Positions 1-13,257 of a DNA stretch of 64,000 nt are shown here, in pieces. The first letter of the stretch is position 1. Each line of letters opens with the position of its first letter. The notes below the pieces were generated by a model. It did no database searches. It saw only the letters and a list, made by a program, of their open reading frames with translations, and had not been told where the DNA came from. The stretch spans positions 11,222,001 to 11,286,000 of the forward strand of contig CP158636.1 of assembly GCA_050273025.1 (NCBI GenBank), in the 5' to 3' direction. The DNA comes from Cenococcum geophilum. Taxonomy: Eukaryota. The position numbers and the translations under genes are program-made.

Positions 1-340
1 CCCCCGCCTAGCTATAGGCGGCTTACTAGCGAATTTCTAGACCCTTTTACTACTCCTTTTAGATTTTCTAATATACCTAGGAAGTATAGTATATAATGTA
101 GACTAGAAGATATAAAGATATACTAGCTAGGCGAAGATGGAACGAATAGGACTAGCTAAAAGGAAATACTTAGGGTTTTCCCCTTATAGGGCTTTTTCCT
201 ATATAGACCTAAAAAGGGACCAAATTGGGCAATAAATAGAATTAATAATAATAATTATATAGGTGGTTATATAGCTAATTATAGAACCTTCGTAGTATAT
301 TAGTGCTGTGTTAGTAGAGCTTTAAAGCTCTATATAAGGT

Positions 341-1043
341 TTTGAGTAGAGCTTCGAGCAGAGCCTTGTGCAGAGCTTTGAGCAGAGCCTTGTGCAGAGC
401 TTTGAGCAGAGCCTCGTATAGAGCTTTGAGCAGAGCTTCGAGCAGAGCTTCGAGCAGAGCTTCGAGCAGAGCTTCGAGCAGAGCTTCGAGCAGAGCTTCG
501 TGCAGAGCTTCGAGCAGAGCTTCGAGCAGAGCTTCGAGCAGAGCTTCGTGCAGAGCTTCGAGCAGAGCTTCGAGCAGAGCTTCGTGCAGAGCTTCGAGCA
601 GAGCTTCGTGCAGAGCTTCGAGCAGAGCTTCAACCAGAGCTTCAACCAGAGCCTCAACCAGAGCCTCAACCAGAGCCTCAACCAGAGCCTCAACCAGAGC
701 TTCAACCAGAGCTTCGACCACGGCTTCGACCAGAGCTTCGAGCGGAGCCTCGACCAAAGCCTCGAGCGGAGCCTCGACCAAAGCCTTGACCAGAGCCTTA
801 ACCAGAGCCTCGACCAGAGCCTCAAGCAGAGCTTCGACCAGAGCTTCGACCAGAGCTTCGACCAGAGCTTCGACCAGAGCTTCGACCAGAGCTTCGACCA
901 GAGCTTCGACCAGAGCTTCGACCAGAGCTTCGACCAGAGCTTCGACCAGAGCTTCGACCAGAGCTTCGACCAGAGCTTCGACCAGAGCTTCGACCGGAGC
1001 TTTAAGCAGAGCCTCGTGCAGAGCCTTGTGCAGAGCTTTATAT
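341..1043. repeat. 12-bp minisatellite, ~58 units; left block GAGCAGAGCTTC, right block GACCAGAGCTTC
   Basis: Tandem units read directly. The array generates the four low-complexity ORFs of the track ([28 protein letters not shown]). Confidence 0.95.
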
Positions 1044-1054
1044 AGAGTTTGTAT

Positions 1055-1146
1055 TCGTGCAGGCGTTCGTGCAGACGTCGTGCAGGCTTCGTGCAGGCTT
1101 CGTGCAGGCTTTCGTGCAGGCTTTCGTGTAGGCGTTTATGCAGGCA
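1055..1146. repeat. Short tandem repeat, 10-11-bp unit (T)TCGTGCAGGC
   Basis: Several copies of cgtgcaggc directly next to the 12-bp array. Confidence 0.8.
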
Positions 1147-1320
1147 GCGGAAGAGTAATAAAGCAGGTAATAAGGCCTAGAGTTAGTCTAGATATAATAT
1201 ATTAGCTATTTAGGTATTTATCTACTATAAATATTAATATAGGAGGTTAAATGTTAAGGATTGGTAATGGTTAATAGCTCTGGCTAAATATTTACTATTT
1301 TAGTGGTAATATTTAAGGTA

Positions 1321-1621
1321 AAATATAGCAGTAACTATAACGCCGTTTATAATAATTTTGGTAGCATTAGAATTGCCTTATAAAGCTCTAGAATATAACG
1401 TTGGCCGATTATCTATAAAGGCGTTAGTTTATTATTAATTAATAGTAGTAGAGTTTTAAGTAAAGCTTTAAAGGGGAGATTCGCTTATTTAAGGCGAAAT
1501 ATAGTAATAACTACCAGGCCGTTTGCAATAATTTTGGTAGCATTAGAATTGCCTTATAAAGTTCTAGAACATAACGTTGGCCGATTATTTATAAAGGCAT
1601 TAGTTCGTTATTAATTAATAG
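1321..1621. repeat. ~125-bp direct repeat pair (1321-1444 and 1497-1621) in a RIP-mutated block
   Basis: Both copies contain aataattttggtagcattagaattgccttataaag...ataacgttggccgattat and differ mostly by transitions. Confidence 0.85.
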
Positions 1622-2681
1622 CTAAAGGATTTAGTATGGCGCGCGAGTTTGTATAAGAATTATATATAAATCGGCGCAAGGGATTAATAAATTTCCGAAC
1701 CGTGTACCAGACGACAATAACATAAGATGATTAATCTGTTATATAAGCAGCTTATGATTGGTTGATCGTCTGGGACCGAGCTAAGACCGAATAAGAAGGG
1801 ACTCTGCTTATGTAAGCAGGAAACGCATGTGGAGGACTCCTCCAGTACCATCGCCACAACACCCAAAGCTGATATCTGCGGGATACACTCCGAAACAAGA
1901 AGCTGAAGTTATTTTTCAGTATGCCTCTAATTAGTGCTCTACAGATTTGTGTGTTGAAGAACTGGCTGAAGATCCCTTCATGACGCTCATACGGCCTCCT
2001 ATTGTAAGGGCCACCACAGCTCAATTATTCCCCATTAAACATCGCATATTCTACGAATTTTTTGCTCCTCGCAACTCGAAAATGACTCGGAGATCCACAT
2101 ACTGCAATTTATTTTTTACGTCTGCCTTCACTTAAGTGTTGAGAAGAAATTTTATCAATACCTAAAAGACATGATAGTCATAGCAACCTTTTGATTCACA
2201 AACCGAAGTCTCATTCATCAGATTTTGCAAGGGCAATACACCAATTACATTTATACCTTAGTGTCTTTATGTTTTCAGTCAAGACACTCCATCTACACCC
2301 TGTAGACTGAAAATGTCTTCCCAAAGTGGCTTCCATGTTCTCTCCCCTGGACCGCCAGTAATGCTTCCCCAGCAGAGCCTTCGAATTATCTAGAGCATCA
2401 AACTCGGTTTGCGCAGGATAACTGCAGAGCACGTCTGCTTCGTGTTCTCGATGCTTGTAACAATCTTGGAAGCCCTCAAGCCATACCTTCTTTCTCACTG
2501 CCGCCAATAACGCAGTCGCCAATAACGCAGTCGCCAAGTACTGGCAGTGTTACCCTCATCAATATGCGACACACCATCCCTTTACAAGACCGCTTTAGCA
2601 ACCATTACACGACCCCAGGGTCGGTTTCAGCTTCTTCTCCTTACCCGTCATCTAGGTCGCCATGCATCCGACTCTTGACCC

Positions 2682-3113
2682 CAGTGGTCCCAGTGATGAA
2701 TGGATTGATATTTTGACTAAATATCAATCGTTATCATTAAGGGAGCTAAAATATCGCGATATGAATGGATATTCGCGATATGGCTTATATAAGCTATATA
2801 ACCAGTCTTGGCATGGTGTTGTAGTTATTTGTCAAGGTCGACGGCTTCCTAGAGGCCCTTACCCCCCCCTTTTATTGCGGGCAAGTATTAAAATTTACTC
2901 TTGCGTATATACCAGAATGTAGAGCGTACGATTAATACTACGTATACGCCTCAGCATCCTTTTACTACACCACGAGGCTTTAACTTTCCTATATATATTC
3001 ATAAGCGTATGGATATTCATTCATAAGGGTCTTAAAAAATCCAATCGTTATAATTGCTTATGAATGAATATATCGTTGAGAAGCGATGGATATAAATATT
3101 ATTGGGACCACTG
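2682..3113. mobile_element. hAT-type non-autonomous element (MITE), 432 bp
   Basis: TIR CAGTGGTCCCA (2682-2692) / TGGGACCACTG (3103-3113). Perfect 8-bp TSD CTTGACCC at 2674-2681 and 3114-3121. An 8-bp TSD with CAG ends is typical of hAT. Confidence 0.9.
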
Positions 3114-3178
3114 CTTGACCCGTATTTCAGAGCAACTTCGAATCTCGCTGGACTCTCGTGCAACAAACTCTGAGATAA

Positions 3179-4210
3179 ATGGCTCCCCACATTGAAAACA
3201 TTGAAGACTCTCAGCTCTCCATCAATTCAGAACCGGATGCAAGCGAAGATTGGTTTGACAGTCTAAGCCAAGTTCGAGAACAAGGGGCTCAGCAGTATCA
3301 TGAGATTTCGAGCCCACCCTTATCCGAAGGTTCATCTGCAGAGTGCATGTTCGAAGCCGATATCTCTGGTAATACACCACTGGTGCCGCTCTCAGCAGAA
3401 GAGGTGTCGACCTGAATCGGGTTATCTTGTCACCGACTCAGCTACCTCCCATTGAGTCAGTCATTGAGTCAGTCATTGACTCGGTCACCTACCCCTTGTT
3501 TCCATTGCCAACCCCCTACCCCCGTCTCGTTCTCATTTCCTACACCTTTCTCATGTATATATAGAGGCTCTAGAGCCACCATTCAATAGACAGAGTCATC
3601 ATTCTTTTCTTACAATCGGTGCACGGACTACCGATCGACAAGAGGAACTTGAGGGCCTGTTATCAGTCTTAGAACTTGACTCTACATCTAGTAACTCCAA
3701 TGAGCTAGTTCACTATTGCAAGCGAGGCATAAGACGGACTAGTGCTGTCAAGGACCTAGAGAATAATCTACAGAATCATTTCGATACTGAAGAAGAGCCT
3801 TTCAGAGAACCCGCGACTGCGGATGCCGATATCCTGACTCTTTGCCTCGATGGTAAGAGTCTCCGTGAGGATACCAACCGCACCGCTGATGGGCATAAGA
3901 ATAGAGCCGGTTATAACAACGATTACAATCCATCATTGACCAGATAAATTCAGAAGAACCTTTCCCTCCGTCAACACCAATGGCTAAAAACAGCAAGAGT
4001 AAGAAATCAGAGCCGGATTTCGATGGCGATGTAGCGCAGTAAGGAGATTGATTGCAGACGAGAACCTAGTGTGGTTCTTCTAGATCTCGATTATCAACAG
4101 CTGAGGCGCAAGTTTCGCACTGTGTCTTTCGCCAAGCAATGTCGAGTAATAAACGGTTTACGGGCTGTGATGGAGGAGTTGGAGGTTGGATTGTCAAAGA
4201 GGCCAGAGTA
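3179..4210 (+). pseudogene. Probable frameshifted hypothetical gene
   Basis: ORF 3179-3415 (MAPHIENIEDSQ...) is followed by protein-like stretches in other frames (ESVIDSVTYPLFPLPTP..., NELVHYCKRGIRRTSAVKDLENNLQNHF...). No family recognised. Confidence 0.35.
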
Positions 4211-4957
4211 GGATGCTCCTACGGTGAAGTGCAGGTCAGCTAAATGAGTGATTGCTTTTACATGCTTTGTCCTATCTTTGCGTAGATGAAGATGCTGTGA
4301 CTTACTTCACTGGTTATTGTGGGGTAGGTATGTCGATCGCCCAATTGGCTCAAAAAGACCGGTCCTTTTGGCGAAGCCAAATAGGACGTATTTTATGGGT
4401 TGACAAAAATATCTAGAGAGGCTGGAGTTAGTCGAATACAGACTACCTTGTAGAACATAAATTTTTTGAAGAGTCCTCAAATTATCTTCATGATTTTGGA
4501 AATTTAATCACATCTCCACAAAATCTATGAAACTTGAAAGGCACACCGCTGAACAGTGGCTGTCTTCTAGGGCCCGTACTTGGGAAAGGTGAATTTTGCC
4601 CTTGACAACATTCGAATTTCCTCTTAGCCCGCCCCCATCCATCACCAAACATCCGATCTTCTTTTTGTACAATAGCCTACATTGTAGGGATCTCGGTCAA
4701 ATTCACCTAGTTAACGGCCTAGTTTCGATATGTCTTAAGATTCAAAAAACACACTGATATGAGGAAGGAACGAAGCGTCAGCCTATCTCCTACCTCATCG
4801 ATAAGATGATAGTCCGTGCATGCAACACCAAAAGTTTGTCAATCTAGGGCTCCTCATTGGTTGAAGTCTTATCGATAACGCGGTACGTTAATCAGCGGGG
4901 ATATAGCTCCTTCGCCAACCTCCGAAAGACGAATCAGCATCAAATACAATCAATATC

Positions 4958-5737
4958 TTGGTTCCTAATCATCCATACATTGTCTCGGACGCCCAAATGG
5001 AAGAAATTATCAGTCAAGCGTTGGGCCAGGAATGGCCGTGGCCAATCTGCGTCCGGGACTCTCACGAATCTGCCGAGACACTTACCTTGATAATTCTCAG
5101 CAACCCTTACGCAGCTATATTCGGAAGCAACTCTATTGAAAGCCTGGGAAGCTCCAGAGCTCATACGGAAGCCATCTGTGAAACTGTCTTCAAACAGGAA
5201 CAAATTGACGCGACGGATACATACACAGACGATTTTTATGGCGTCGCGGAATACCTTGGCAGATTTCCATCAGAGCACGAAGTCGTGAGGACACGGCATG
5301 AAATCATACAACACGCAAAGGCATACATTTGGCTCGTCACAGTGTTGGTTCGATGAGAGAAACCGCCATTTCATGCACGGGCGGGGATGGAGAATCAGTC
5401 CATCCTGGAGAGTACCGAACCGGCCGTGTAACCGTCCCATCATTACGGTCCAAACTCTCAAAGGAAGTGGGAGTTCATGCGGCCGCAGTCGGCCCCTGTA
5501 TACATGAAAGCTCTGGTTTCACGATTCAATGATGAGACGATCACAGAAGAGAGCGAAGATGCGGACATTATCGAGATGGCTGCGCGATATTGCCATGTGT
5601 TTGTCAACATCTATCCGTTTGAGGACGGCAGCGGCCGGATGTGCCGTATGCTTCTTAACGTAATATTACTGAGATTTCTTGGTGTCTGCGTCGTTATCGG
5701 TGAGGAGAGCCGGATAGGGCTGATTACTTTGCTTTGA
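4958..5737 (+). pseudogene. Fic/DOC-domain protein pseudogene (fungal FICD/HYPE-like)
   Basis: FVNIYPFEDGSGRMCR near 5600-5647 matches Fic HPFxDGNGRxxR with H->Y and N->S. Upstream IFGSNSIES resembles the (S/T)xxxE(G/N) inhibitory helix; EIIQHAKA and PGEYRT are also present. The pieces lie in different frames with no evident introns. Confidence 0.8.
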
Positions 5738-7776
5738 CAAATTGAGCCGGGAGGATTTTCTTTGATGAAGCCGGCACTGTGAATGGGAGGAGGGCAAGGG
5801 GCATCTAGAACTGGCGCAGATGGTGGCAACTAGGAGGCGCGACAGCGTATCGTATTCTCAGAGGGCTGCATCCCAGGGTTCTGGAGAAAGACACATTTGA
5901 AAAGCCATTCGTTTAGTCATTACCTCAACACACCATGGAGGCTTTATTCAACCATTCAAAATCCTTCAGAACTCAATGTAATGAAAACCTTGTGTAGTCT
6001 TCTTAAACACCTGACCCCATTGATGAAAAAGCAATCATGACGCAAAAATTGAGCTCACACCTCACTAGCAAATAGGATACATAAGGGCGGGGACAGCATG
6101 CAGCATGACGAGAAGTGGGAAATCCAGTCAGGCGAGAAATCCAGTCAGCTGCATATGCTCTTTACCCACCGATGTGGATATGGGCTTCCAATACCATGTC
6201 AACTCAGCCTCACACAATTTCCCCAGTTGTTACAGGCTCAGCTTTCATCGGTGATGGTTTGCAGCATCAGCCTCACCCGCAGCTGTAATGCTAGAACGTT
6301 TCAGGAAGTTATAAGGCAGCCCAATCCCAGACGTCGCGGCGGGCTAGCGACCCGATAAAAAGCATCTACAGACGAAATTGGGAGGGTAATCCAGGTGGGT
6401 TGGAATTCTGGTCGGGAGCACGGATTACTCAGGCCGGGCACGGATTACTCAAGCAGGGAACTGACGGTCGGAAGGATGAACTCCCATATTGCATGCTGTG
6501 GTGCGGCTTTGGCACGTCAGTCCAGAGGAGGCTTTCGTTGATAATCACAGCCAACGGCACAGAATAGCCGGCGAATGAAGCGAATGAGACTAGCAAGATG
6601 CCGCACTTGACGCTCGAGCAATTTGTCTTCACCCGGCTCGGCTATGTTGGGCAGGGATCCCCGACGTGCATTGCTCGTCCAGCTCAATTTTCAACGCACC
6701 ATCTGTGCAGCTTCAGCACTCTCGCAGCTTGTGACCGCAGCCATGCCCTCCACCTGGAGGCCCGCTGGAAGCCGTTGATGATAACATACATAACACCCTG
6801 AGCTCACCGGTTCTCTCCATGCTCCAAGCCCGCCCATTCGGCCTGCAGCGGGAAGGATCACTTAAGCTTGCCAGTATTCCTACCGGATCCATGGCGTCAG
6901 TCATATCAGATCGTCGGCAGGGCTGGTCATCTTGGCTGTATAGCGCCTCGAGCTTTCCGGTTCCCAGCTGGCTGTGGAGGTCGTGAGAACGGAGTGAGTT
7001 TCATTCCTCAGGACTGTGTTGCTGTGGCTTGAGCGCTCTTATCTAGCTTCCGGCCGCATGTTTATGCGTTCCTCTGAGTTTGGTCGCCGAGCACCCTGCA
7101 TCAGCCTGGAATATTTGGCCAATCATTCAATAGACGGATTTCGGGGAGGCTTAAGTGTGTCTCTTTTTGCCATACAGGGGACCCTAACTAGTGGGGATAT
7201 AGTACATTCTTACCTCAGCGGTGGCAATTCATATAATTATGAAAATTACGGCCTCAACGTCACGATCGTCGCAAGTACAGGCTGTGAGTAGGCCTACGAG
7301 CAAATCAAGAAAGGCGCTAGTATGTGCACACACCGCAGCGTTAGAATACTTCGTAAAATAGGGTAGTATTTTAACGCAACGTTATATTATTAAAAGCGTT
7401 AGATTATAACGATCACGACAATCAAAGCTCCTTTGAACAAGCTGCAGGACACCAAATTAGCGCAAGGAAATCTACGAAATCCGTCTAATAGCGATGGGAA
7501 ACCCCGCCGATGCACTGCATCCAGGGGGGTTGAGCAATTTGCACATACTTACTTTGGGCTCTCGGCCCTCCCAAATGGAAATGCTGATGCTTCTGTAGCA
7601 GGGACCTGTTCCGCCTAGCGCTCGGATCGCGTCTGCCATCAGTTTCTAAGGTTATTAATGAATAAGAGGCACCTTACGCCGCTGTCCGTAGAAAATTTAA
7701 GTAAGCCCAAGCGTTTCGCTGCTGGTCGCTTTCAACGCTGTGGTTGTCTACCAAACCCAATTGATGCCTCTTCAAT

Positions 7777-9870
7777 ATGGCATTCTCTCCTGTGGTGTCA
7801 CTATCTAGGCTGCGCTCGTCTTTACTTTTTTTTTGCGTTATTCTTATTTGGTTACCAACCGTCGTTCATTGCCAATTGTATTCGCCGTTGGATCCTATCT
7901 TCTACTTTTGCTCGCGATGGTTTTCGTCCTGTGAGTGAACATCCCTACTTCCAGTCTCGCCCGTCACACTAATAGGTCATTTGTAGCGGTTGTGAAGGAC
8001 GATACCCTGTTCATCAATGGCGGGATAGAAACATTCTATCATTCTGGAATAACTTCTGATATAGTTCTTGGAATCAGTGAGTTGCCATATTCGTATAATA
8101 CAGAACCATACTAAGGCAATTCAGATACATATATGATAAAAGTCTCGATGGTGACCTCGTGGGATTGGAAGACGAACATCACAATAACAGATGAAGATAA
8201 AACTACGGCCAACCCAAAGACAGGAACATATCCGCCCAGTCTTATTCGTGGGACAATGTTCCATGGCCCAGCGGATGTCGAAGAAGTGTTTGCTTTCGGA
8301 GGAACAACATTCATGGGAAACACTAGTTTCTTGGGCTATGTGGCTCCTGATGCAAGTACATACTCTCTATGGTCATACAGCTACAATTCCTCAGTACAGG
8401 ATCCAAATAAGTGGAATCAATACGATATAGGGCAGCCCTGGAAGCCGAACCACGGGGCGGCGGCAGAAGCAGTTGACCAATCACTGGGATTTTACCTTAA
8501 CGGCCAGGTTGATAAAGGAACATCACCAGTGACACAGAATTTTGGTAACGACACTACCGTCCACCTTGGCGGCATGCTTGTTATCGACCTTACCAGTCAA
8601 ACTTCTAGGAATATTTCAACCGCTAATATAACTGGATATGGGCCGAGAGTGGGCGGATGTATGGAGTATATTGCCCCGGTAGGAAAGAAGGGGATTCTTG
8701 TGGCACTTGGAGGGCAACTGAGTCCGAAGCTCAATCTGACAAGCAATTCCACAGATGGCAGTCTGGTAAGGTTACCAGAACCATGGCATGTCAAATTCAA
8801 TGCTAACATACCTGAAAGCTTGGATTTGACGTTGTTGATGTTTTCGATATTAACTCATACCTTGAAAATACTGGAGGGAATGGGACCTGGTATAGCCAGT
8901 CTACCAGTGGTGATATACCCCAACCTCGTATAGATTTCTGCACAGTTTCCGCTTCCGCGCCCGACAATTCCAGCCACCATATGTAAGACTTGCATCAAAA
9001 GTATAACTTCCTATTTCTAACTGTAGCAGATACTTATATGGTGGTCGCGATCCCATTAAGTCAGTAGAATATGATGACGTCTACGTTCTTTCTCTTCCAG
9101 CATTCAACTGGACGCAGATAAACTTTGGTCAGAGTCCACGCTGGGGACATGATTGTCATGTTGTTGGCAACCGCCAGATGCTCACACTCGGCGGAAACAC
9201 CACAAATGAACAGTGCGACTGGGAGATTAAGGGCGTCGCGATTTTGGATATGTCAACAATTACCTGGGGAAGTGTCTACAATGCCTACGCGCCGGAATAC
9301 CTTGTCCCGACACCAATTGTTGACTGGCTGGGAGGAAGTCCAAGCGGTGGTGCAACCATCAAGTCCCCCATTCTCGGATACAATCAAACTGGTCTCGCAG
9401 AAGTGTTTAACACCACGAGAGCTCAACCATCGCCGTCAGCCACCCCGTCTCAAACGCCTGTAGGCGCTGCTGGTCACAAAAGTCACGCTGGAGCCATTGC
9501 GGGTGGGGTTATAGGAGGTGTTGCCGCTCTAGCCATATTGGCAGGTTTGCTTCTCTGGCTTCGAGCCCGGAAACGCCGTAAAGATATGGAACCTCGGGAA
9601 CTTGATGGGGCAGAAAAGACAGAGTTACAAAATGCGGATTTACAGAGCCCACCCAATCACCACTACGAGCTACCAGCAACTTTAGAAAAGCCAGTTGAGC
9701 TAGCGGAACAACATGGAGCTTCTGAGGCACCACGGGAGACCTTTACAGAAGCTGCGGAGTTATCAGGCACCAATACTGTTCCCGGTGGCATGCCTGGAGT
9801 ACCGATGATACGGACACCCTCTACCGAAGAATCTCATTATCCTTTTGCGAAAGATCCGGCCTTACGATAG
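7777..9870 (+). CDS. Kelch-type beta-propeller single-pass membrane protein. Exons 7777-7930, 7987-8076, 8125-8765, 8819-8982, 9030-9870
   Basis: Four GT-AG introns join into one open frame. Hydrophobic signal peptide (LLFFCVILIWLPTVVHC); Kelch-like GG motifs (LFINGG, VFAFGG, LVALGG, YLYGG, MLTLGG); WYSQSTSGDIPQPRIDFC; TM helix AIAGGVIGGVAALAILAGLLLWL followed by RARKRRK; acidic tail. Not RIP-mutated. Confidence 0.92.
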
Positions 9871-12710
9871 TATCACTGTTTCACCGCAGCATCGCTGCGA
9901 GAAGCAAATTAGAAAAATATTAAGGATGAAAAATGGATTGTCTCCAAACTGAGCATCTCAGCACGTTCTCGTTTTTCAGGGGATTTGCCTTCGGGCCCTC
10001 CTAAAACGTTTCTAAGCCCCCAGGGCTGGACCGATCTTGCGATCACGCTCCATTTTCCAAGAGCTCTGGATAAAAGAGCTTCGGAAGATCATTTCCGCAT
10101 CATCAGGCGGGAGAAAGGCCATGTACTTTTAGACGATTGGACGGAGCGGGAGTAGGGGTGGATAGTCCCTGTGCGGGTTTGAAATTGGTCTGAGTCAGCG
10201 TCAAGCCAAAACTGGAGAAGAATTAACTTTGCTGGGTGAGTTGAGCAAAGAAGCTAAAATCTCACATTGTAGCAGCCACAAAATAATAAAAGTTAAAAAG
10301 ATTGTGATGCGCCGCAGTGTTTAACCATTCGTCATGGTGAATTTCTTGCTGAAATCTTGAAACTTCAGCCTTAGCCCTGAGTCCCTCCCAAATTAGCCAG
10401 CGCCATCAGTTTGGTATGCACGTTCCGGGTTTCAACACCTAACTTTACTTCGAATCGGGGCGCAAGCTTTGTTGCTGGGGTCAGGGATGGAGAAAACCGT
10501 TAGGCTATTTTGGGAGGATTGAGTAAGCTTCATTTTGCCGGGACTTGCAGTATGAACGGGATTTGTCCGATCCGATGCGCCGTACACTCCCCCTCCCCTA
10601 AAAACCCAAATCCTTCGATGAATTCTTCGAAGAATCTCCAACACCATATTAACGCTGACGACTTCGGACGCTGCGTCAACGGAGAAACTAGTGATGTTCC
10701 TTTCTTAGATCCAAGACGTGTGGGCTCGCCGGTTTTAATATATATTGGCTAAATGTCTAGCGCTGGAAAGGTCATCAAACACGTTCCGAATCTTCGATTG
10801 CCCCGAACCCGAGTCAGCAGTCCTTAGTGACTTTGCAGACTGAACGAGTTACTTCCTCGCTTGCGTTAAGGAGACCTTAGTACTCCGTGATAGCCGAAAA
10901 TGTGGTCGCATACGGCCTTGACAGACCCCGGTTTGTGAGATTCCGTGAGCAAACCAATTGGACTAGTGGACCCGCATCAATAAGTAACCGAAACTGGAGC
11001 TAGCGCGGTTAGATATGCGATCTGAAGAGAAATAAGTATTAACGTGTCTGAAGAAGATCTATTAATGCTAGAAACGACAGACGTTGACAATAAGGAGATC
11101 AAAAACGAGAGCTTAAAGTAGTCCTATCTCGTTACACCTCTTTAGGCGACCCCGGATTCGGTAGAGCGGAAGATCTATCCTCAACCGGTAATGGGTACTT
11201 CGGCATATGCCCCCGCATGCCTCTAGGATAAGCGGTATGTGTTGGGAGGGGGGGGGTACTTGGGCAGTCTCTTTGAGCTCAGCGACGTGCACGTGATGGG
11301 TCACGTGACAGCGCGCGGGCCATCGTGTAGATACCTTCTCGGGGCCCTCGAGCCCCTGGGATTCTTCCTCATAGAGCATCATATATGTATCATTCCATCA
11401 GCCTGCTCAGTGACCTGACAGTATGTTTGTAACACTCCTTGGCTTAATAATGCGTGTTTAGTGTTAACAATACATAAATTAACAGGTTTTATGACCATCC
11501 ACACAGTGCGCCCAGAACTGCCATACAGGGATTACCCTCAATTTCGTCCTACTCCTACGCCCCCTGCCGAAACATTTTATAATGAAAATCAAGCACTATC
11601 GGGCGGTAGAAAGTGCTCGTAGACTACTAAAACAGCTATCACTTACGTCGCAAGCCCCTATAATTCTAATGCACAATGCTTATACATTAACAGTTGCATT
11701 AACGACATGAATACAAACCTTATAGATGAAGGCGACCCTTCCTAAACCTTTAAAATGGTCTGTCTCTATTGAACACATCCTCTCCCATTTAACTCTGCTA
11801 TTACGGTCTTATATTGCGACTGCGTGCACGTGAAGGCCAAGAAGCTTACAAACGTACCATGGCTTGTGGATAGCTATATAGGCCTTTTAAAGCGGGCGGG
11901 AGAATGTCTCGGGACAATTTTATAATTCTATGGCCCTCTACAGTATGGGTGTGGATTTCTATAGGTCCTTTAGGCAGTTAACGTCCATCCCTGCGTCGCG
12001 GAAAACCCACCGTACCGGAAAATATGAGGGGTACTTTGACTTTAAGCAACTATAACTCTGCGCACACGTCGTGCTTCACTATAATTATATATAAGTCGTA
12101 TGCTGTAGCTACTCTGCAATATTCGAGACCCTTCATATCTAAAAATTACGCTCGCATCGTCGCCTTCGCGCCTTGTTCGCAGAGAGCCTCCTTTTGGGGC
12201 GTAATAATATCCCTTTACTACAGCACCACTATTAAGCTCTTACCCCTTACAAAACTTATAATAGGGTCTTATCCGAGCCCGAACTTCGTTACAATATTGG
12301 GAAGTCATTATTAGCCTTGTGTCTACTATGGTACGCAAATTTATACAAGGTCGCCACGCGGGTTACTACCTCTAATTAAAGCAATTACCAATTCCGGCTA
12401 GTGTAAAACGACCCTGCACATTCCACGTGATATCCAGGGAGTAATTTACTTACGTTAATCAAGCAAGTCCAAGCCTGTGGCTGTGCGGAGTCTTGGCAAG
12501 TGGGCCAACCTTAGCCCCGCAGCCTTGTGATCTAACTTAACCTCAGCCATGCGTCTGGTCAACTAACTCAACTCTCTGAAAACGGCTACAGAATTCGCCA
12601 CCTCACAAGGCTGTGGCCGGAGCGGGTCGGCCGCCCTCCCTGCTAGTGGTGGCAACATTCGTGAAGGATTACGTTTTACTACCGTTAAATATTACTAGTT
12701 GGCATGCTTA

Positions 12711-12856
12711 CAAGGGGGCAACCTGAGCGGGCCAACCGCGCTCCCTGCTAGTTTCAGTGGCGTTATAGCCGTGTGTACACTATTTTCATAGGATATCATT
12801 ATAATGCCACTAAAACTAGCAGGGAGCGCAGTTGGCCCGCTCAGGTAGCCCCCTTG
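12711..12856. mobile_element. Tc1/mariner-type foldback MITE, 146 bp
   Basis: ~57-bp TIRs CAAGGGGGCAACCTGAGCGGGCCAAC... / ...GTTGGCCCGCTCAGGTAGCCCCCTTG, flanked by TA on both sides (12709-12710, 12857-12858). Confidence 0.85.
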
Positions 12857-13257
12857 TATATAGCTTGACCTATTCTGCATCTAAACTAGCCTTAGTATAC
12901 TGCTTTAATAAATAAGAAAGAAGAAACTTTTGTTTAAGGCTTTGCCCGCTCTTTTTCTATTCTCTTTCCCGCTGCCCCTAGGTCGGTTAAGATAACATCG
13001 CTTTAAACTCGGATCTCGATGTTCTGTACCTGCCACTCGTTTGGAGTTGCAAGCGACGATGTTGTGCATGAATGCTAAGGACCAAAGACCTTTTTCCGCA
13101 GTATCGTACTATAAGTGAAATAGTCTTTTCATTGCGTCCTTGAGCTTTGAAAGTAAATGCAAAATAATTTAATTATAAGGGTTCTATTGTCGAGGTGTTG
13201 ATTCTGAGATGCGCTCAGAAAGGGGGTGGTCTGTGTGGGAGGCTGTGCTGCCTGTTC

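Noticed and set aside
311..1205. Four long ORFs over the minisatellite as real genes
   Set aside because: A stop-free 12-bp unit opens several frames automatically; no unique domain, and the flanks are RIP-mutated.
1670..1690. Possible piggyBac-like end (AAGGGA-TTAA) at the edge of the RIP block
   Set aside because: No partner end or transposase in the window; TTAA is very common in RIP-mutated DNA.
5900..7700. Short ORFs at 6-7.7 kb (also 1.7-2.6 kb and 10-12.3 kb)
   Set aside because: Short, overlapping on both strands, no motifs or coherent splice model; they may be decayed gene remnants but cannot be supported.
12452..12674. Possible pogo/Tan1-like MITE (ACGTTAATC...GATTACGT)
   Set aside because: Only ~8 bp of inverted match and no convincing TA TSD on the right.
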